This document shows, one piece after another, positions 48,546-52,228 of a stretch of DNA of 52,228 bases (positions are counted from its first letter, which is position 1; every line of letters starts with the position of its first letter). The stretch is from a virus (taxonomy: Duplodnaviria; Caudoviricetes). The stretch spans positions 1-52,228 of the IMG/VR virus record IMGVR_UViG_3300020472_000038; one strand, written 5' to 3'. The notes under the pieces are model-generated. The model did no database searches. It saw only the letters and a list, made by a program, of their open reading frames with translations, and was not told the DNA's origin. A program made the position numbers and the translations under genes.

Positions 48546-49577
48546 ATGACACAGCCTACAACCAGAACTACATTTAAAGATTATTGTAAAAGAAAATTGG
48601 GCCATCCAGTTATTGAACTAAATCTTGATGATGATCAGATTGAAGATACTATTGATGACGCAGTAACTTATTGGCAAGAATATCATTTTGATGGTACTCA
48701 TCCAGAATTTGTTAAAAAACAAATTACTGCTTCAACTCAACTGGTTTCTTCACAGTCTGGAACTTTTTCTGCAGGTGAAACTATTGAGGGAGGAACGAGT
48801 GGAATAAGAGCTACAATTAATGATTATATCAGCTCAAATACTACGATAAGGTATTCAAAACCAACTACAAAAAACAATGCTAATGCTATAGCAAAGGGAG
48901 ATGGAAATACATATTATACTGACACTACCACAACATGGACTGCAAGTGAAACCATCACAGGATTAACAAGTGGAGCAACAGCAACAGTACATTCTTCTAC
49001 AGCTCAAACACTTGGTGATATAGACAATCATTATATTTCTTTAGATGAGAGTTATATTGGAATCACAGGAGTTATACCACTTACCGAAAACTTGAGTGGT
49101 AGTACAAATATGTTTTCAGTCAATTATCAGTACGCGCTGAATGATCTTTATACAATGGGTGCAGCTGGTGATATGAAAAACTATGTGTTTACTCAGCAAT
49201 ATCTTTCTACTATTCAAAACCTTTTTTCTGGATTACCTAGATTCAGATTCAATCGACATAGAGATAGATTATATCTAGATATAGATTGGTCTGCAGATCT
49301 TAAAATAGATGATTTTGTTGTAATTGAAGCTTATGCATCAATGAATCCAGAAACGTATACAGATGCCTATAGTGATATTTTCCTTAAAAAATATTGTACA
49401 GCTTTGATGAAAAAACAATGGGGTATGAATCTTATAAAATTTGAAGGGGTTCAATTGCCAGGGGGTGTTACGTTAAATGGAAGACAACTATATGATGACG
49501 CAGTTACAGAACTTGAAAAATTAGAAGTTGAAGGAAGGCTAGAGTATCAGCTACCCGATGACTTCTACATGGGTTAG
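48546..49577 (+). CDS. gp13: Neck protein
   Basis: DYCKRKLGHPVIELNLDDDQIED, EYHFDG, FLKKYCTALMKKQWG.NLIKFEGVQLPGGVTLNG. Confidence 0.97.
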   Translation: MTQPTTRTTFKDYCKRKLGHPVIELNLDDDQIEDTIDDAVTYWQEYHFDGTHPEFVKKQITASTQLVSSQSGTFSAGETIEGGTSGIRATINDYISSNTTIRYSKPTTKNNANAIAKGDGNTYYTDTTTTWTASETITGLTSGATATVHSSTAQTLGDIDNHYISLDESYIGITGVIPLTENLSGSTNMFSVNYQYALNDLYTMGAAGDMKNYVFTQQYLSTIQNLFSGLPRFRFNRHRDRLYLDIDWSADLKIDDFVVIEAYASMNPETYTDAYSDIFLKKYCTALMKKQWGMNLIKFEGVQLPGGVTLNGRQLYDDAVTELEKLEVEGRLEYQLPDDFYMG

Positions 49578-49586
49578 AGGATATAA

Positions 49587-50558
49587 ATGGCAACCAATCA
49601 TTACTTCAATCACTATGGAACAGATACACCAGATCAAAAATTAGTTGAAAACATCGTAATTGAGTCGATTAAATCTTTTGGTATTGATGTTCACTATATG
49701 CCTAGGACTGAAGTTAATACAGATTCTATCTATGGAGAAGATCGTATTTCTAAGTTTGAAGACGCTCGAATGGTAGAAGTTTATATTAAGAGTATAGATG
49801 GATTTGAGGGAGATGGTACATTTGTAAGTAACTTTGGACTAGAAGTAAGAGATCAAATTACTTTTACAATTGCTCGTAGAAGATTTCAAGAATTAAATTT
49901 TGAAACTGGAAATAGAGATAAAGAACCACTAGAGGGTGATCTTATTTTCTTTCCTTTATCTGACTCTCTTTTTGAAATCAAGCATGTACAAGATACGAAT
50001 GTTTTTTATCAAATGGGTGGACTACAAACTTTTGATTTAGTTTGTGAACTGTTTGAATATGGAGATGAAGCAATTGATACTGGTATTGAGGAGTTGGATA
50101 AGATAGAAAGAGAAGAATCCTATTCAATAAAATTCACTCTAGGTACTGGAGCTGGTACATTTACAGTCGGTGAACAAGTATATCAAGGTTCTACTGGATA
50201 TGCAAATTCTTCAATTAAAGGAGAAGTTTTTGATTGGAATTCTAGTACAAGTCTTCTTACAGTTGGAAATATTGTTGGAACTTTTGATGAAGATAATCAA
50301 ATGTATGAATATCCGTTTTCTATAGCATTAGAAGATGATACTACACTTCTGTTGGAAGATGGTACAACAAATACTCCAAACTCTTCAACTGAAGGTAAAC
50401 CCTTCTTTGAATCTGGTGCATCGTATGCCACAACATCTTTTGATGATAAAGTAATATCAAATGATGCTTATGCAAACAATGTTGGAATTGAAACTGTTGC
50501 TGATGGGATTTTAGATTTTTCAGAGGGTAATCCATTTAGTGAAGGAACAGGGTACTAA
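49587..50558 (+). CDS. gp14: Neck protein
   Basis: ESIKSFGIDVHYMPR, FGLEVRDQ, PLEGDLIFFP, FEIKHV, FYQMG, CELFEY, ILDFSEGNPF. Confidence 0.96.
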   Translation: MATNHYFNHYGTDTPDQKLVENIVIESIKSFGIDVHYMPRTEVNTDSIYGEDRISKFEDARMVEVYIKSIDGFEGDGTFVSNFGLEVRDQITFTIARRRFQELNFETGNRDKEPLEGDLIFFPLSDSLFEIKHVQDTNVFYQMGGLQTFDLVCELFEYGDEAIDTGIEELDKIEREESYSIKFTLGTGAGTFTVGEQVYQGSTGYANSSIKGEVFDWNSSTSLLTVGNIVGTFDEDNQMYEYPFSIALEDDTTLLLEDGTTNTPNSSTEGKPFFESGASYATTSFDDKVISNDAYANNVGIETVADGILDFSEGNPFSEGTGY

Positions 50559-51616
50559 TGTTAGGATCTACCTTTTATCATCAAACTATAAGAAAATATG
50601 TAGCAGTGTTTGGAACTCTTTTCAATGATATTAATATTGAAAGGAAAAATTCAAGTGGTGTTGTTGTTGAGAAAATGAAAGTTCCTCTTGCGTATGGCCC
50701 CAAACAAAAGTGGTTACTTGCTGTTCAAGATACCACTGCGGATAGAAAAGTTGTAGCGACAAGAACTCCAAGGATGGGGTTTGCTATGACAGGAGTTACT
50801 TATGACTCTGCTAGAAAATTGAATACGATTGGTAGAAATATTGCAGCCAACACTTCTTCTACTTCTACCAACATGAATACAATGTATAATCCTGTTCCTT
50901 ACAATTTTGAGTTTTCATTATTCATACTTGTTAAGAATGCTGAAGATGGAACACAAATTTTAGAGCAGGTACTCCCCTATTTTACACCAGAGTTTACTGT
51001 TACTGTCAATACAATTCCCGATATGAACATCAAGGCAGATATTCCTATTACGTTGAACTCTGCTGATGTAGCAGATGAGTATGAGGGTGATTTATCAACA
51101 AGAAGAACTATTACTTGGACTCTTTCATTTACACTTAAAGGGTTTATCTATCCAAATATTTCTTCTGGTCAAGTTATTAAAACAATTGAAGTTAATTTCC
51201 GAATTCCTGGCGGAGATACAGAAATTGAACTTCCAGACTTTATTATACATGAAGATAGTGATTTTGATACTACTAACTATATACTATTAGATGGAACAAA
51301 TTTAGTTATTTTTACATTACTAGAAGAAAGTCAAAGTTCTACTTCAGTAGGTGATCTTAGACTCCTTTTGGAAGATGGGGCTTTTGTGTTGAATGAAGAA
51401 AGTGATAATACATACAGAACATATAATAGAGCAAGAATTATGAACGAAAAAGCTACTGATGGTATACAAGATGCTACAATCAAGTCTCGTTACACAGTCG
51501 TTCCTACACCTCTTTCTACAACAGCAGACTCTGATTATGGTTTCTCAGAAACTTTTGAATTTTTTGATGAAGGTAAATATAATGATCCAACCGATGGTGA
51601 GGATATAGCAACATGA
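50558..51616 (+). CDS. gp15: Tail sheath stabilizer / tail terminator
   Basis: FYHQTIRKYVAVFGTLFNDI, VPLAYGPKQK, PRMGF, PVPYN, QILEQVLPYFTPEF. Confidence 0.96.
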   Translation: MLGSTFYHQTIRKYVAVFGTLFNDINIERKNSSGVVVEKMKVPLAYGPKQKWLLAVQDTTADRKVVATRTPRMGFAMTGVTYDSARKLNTIGRNIAANTSSTSTNMNTMYNPVPYNFEFSLFILVKNAEDGTQILEQVLPYFTPEFTVTVNTIPDMNIKADIPITLNSADVADEYEGDLSTRRTITWTLSFTLKGFIYPNISSGQVIKTIEVNFRIPGGDTEIELPDFIIHEDSDFDTTNYILLDGTNLVIFTLLEESQSSTSVGDLRLLLEDGAFVLNEESDNTYRTYNRARIMNEKATDGIQDATIKSRYTVVPTPLSTTADSDYGFSETFEFFDEGKYNDPTDGEDIAT

Positions 51617-52053
51617 AGGATGTGATGCCTATGAATGTAGATGATCACTTAGATGAAATGTTAGGTATTGTAAACAAACCTAAGAAAGAAATTGTTAAGG
51701 CAGAACGATTAGTTCCTACTATTTCAGTTGATGATAGTGGCGATAGTGAAATAGATTTCCAATATGTGAGAGAGAACCTTTACAATCTCATAGAACGAGG
51801 ACAAGATGGTTTGGAAGAAATGCTTGAAATTGCCAAAAGTTCTGAACATCCTCGAGCGATGGAAGTTTTTGGACAGTTAATAGGAAAACTTACTGAAACA
51901 AATAAAGAATTGTTAAATTTACATAAAACAAAAAAAGACATTTCAGCTGAAGATTCTGGCCCCAAAAATGTCTCCAATAATCTTTTTGTGGGTTCAACCG
52001 CTGAATTACAAAAATTCCTTAAAACAGGGAAAACAATAAAAGAAAATGAATAA
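51613..52053 (+). CDS. gp16: Terminase small subunit
   Basis: DFQYVRENLYNLIERG, SEHPRAMEVFGQLI, NNLFVGSTAELQKFLK. Confidence 0.95.
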   Translation: MKDVMPMNVDDHLDEMLGIVNKPKKEIVKAERLVPTISVDDSGDSEIDFQYVRENLYNLIERGQDGLEEMLEIAKSSEHPRAMEVFGQLIGKLTETNKELLNLHKTKKDISAEDSGPKNVSNNLFVGSTAELQKFLKTGKTIKENE

Positions 52054-52064
52054 AGAGAAGTGTG

Positions 52065-52228
52065 ATGTCCACCAAATCTTATCTTGGAAACCCTAATCTA
52101 AAAGGCATAGGTGTCAGCGTAGATTGGACACCCGAAGCAGTTGAAGATTACAAGAAGTGTATGGAATCCCCACTATACTTCATTAAAAAATATGTTCAAA
52201 TTGTAAATGTTGATCGTGGTCTAGTTCC
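52065..52228 (+). CDS. gp17: Terminase large subunit (3'-truncated by window edge)
   Basis: Manual translation MSTKSYLGNPNLKGIGVSVDWTPEAVEDYKKCMESPLYFIKKYVQIVNVDRGLV; typical gp17 N-terminus, follows gp16. Confidence 0.93.
   Translation, partial: MSTKSYLGNPNLKGIGVSVDWTPEAVEDYKKCMESPLYFIKKYVQIVNVDRGLV

Noticed and set aside
39-50775. Extending the GCC/GGC-overlap rule to CCNNGG sites
   Set aside because: Several clear exceptions (e.g. near 9881, 23931, 40550, 50768); not supportable without computation.
1-52228. Stop-codon reassignment
   Set aside because: Conserved genes are intact in the standard code and TAA, TAG and TGA all end genes at expected positions.
1-52228. CRISPR arrays, tRNAs, introns, inteins, homing endonucleases
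   Set aside because: Intergenic gaps are very short and no such signatures were seen; large ORF insertions lack intein terminal motifs.

Overview
AT-rich (roughly one-third GC by eye) segment of a large T4-like myovirus genome, most similar in gene content to marine cyanophage/pelagiphage-type phages; the host cannot be determined from this window. It covers the virion morphogenesis region: the 3' part of gp32, a reverse-strand block (tape-measure/gp29-like, gp51-like, gp26, gp54, gp2, gp4), then a long forward late region (gp48, gp53, gp27-like hub, gp5, PAAR, gp25, gp6, a 2807-aa gp7, gp8, a VrlC-like protein, paralogous fibre/decoration genes, a glycosyltransferase, gp13-16 and the start of gp17). 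Most notable observations: (1) GGNCC, CCNGG and CCGG sites occur almost only where they overlap GGC/GCC, suggesting restriction avoidance combined with a GGC/GC-specific DNA modification; (2) a candidate programmed -1 frameshift (T TTT TTC) fusing gp26 to a gp51-like frame just upstream of the tape measure gene, as in lambda G/GT; (3) an acidic 'LLED(G)' motif inserted in at least six unrelated virion proteins and heavily expanded in gp7; (4) dense N-x-S/T and AN(T/S/V) motifs in exposed virion proteins together with a glycosyltransferase in the structural operon. All calls and counts come from manual reading, not database searches.
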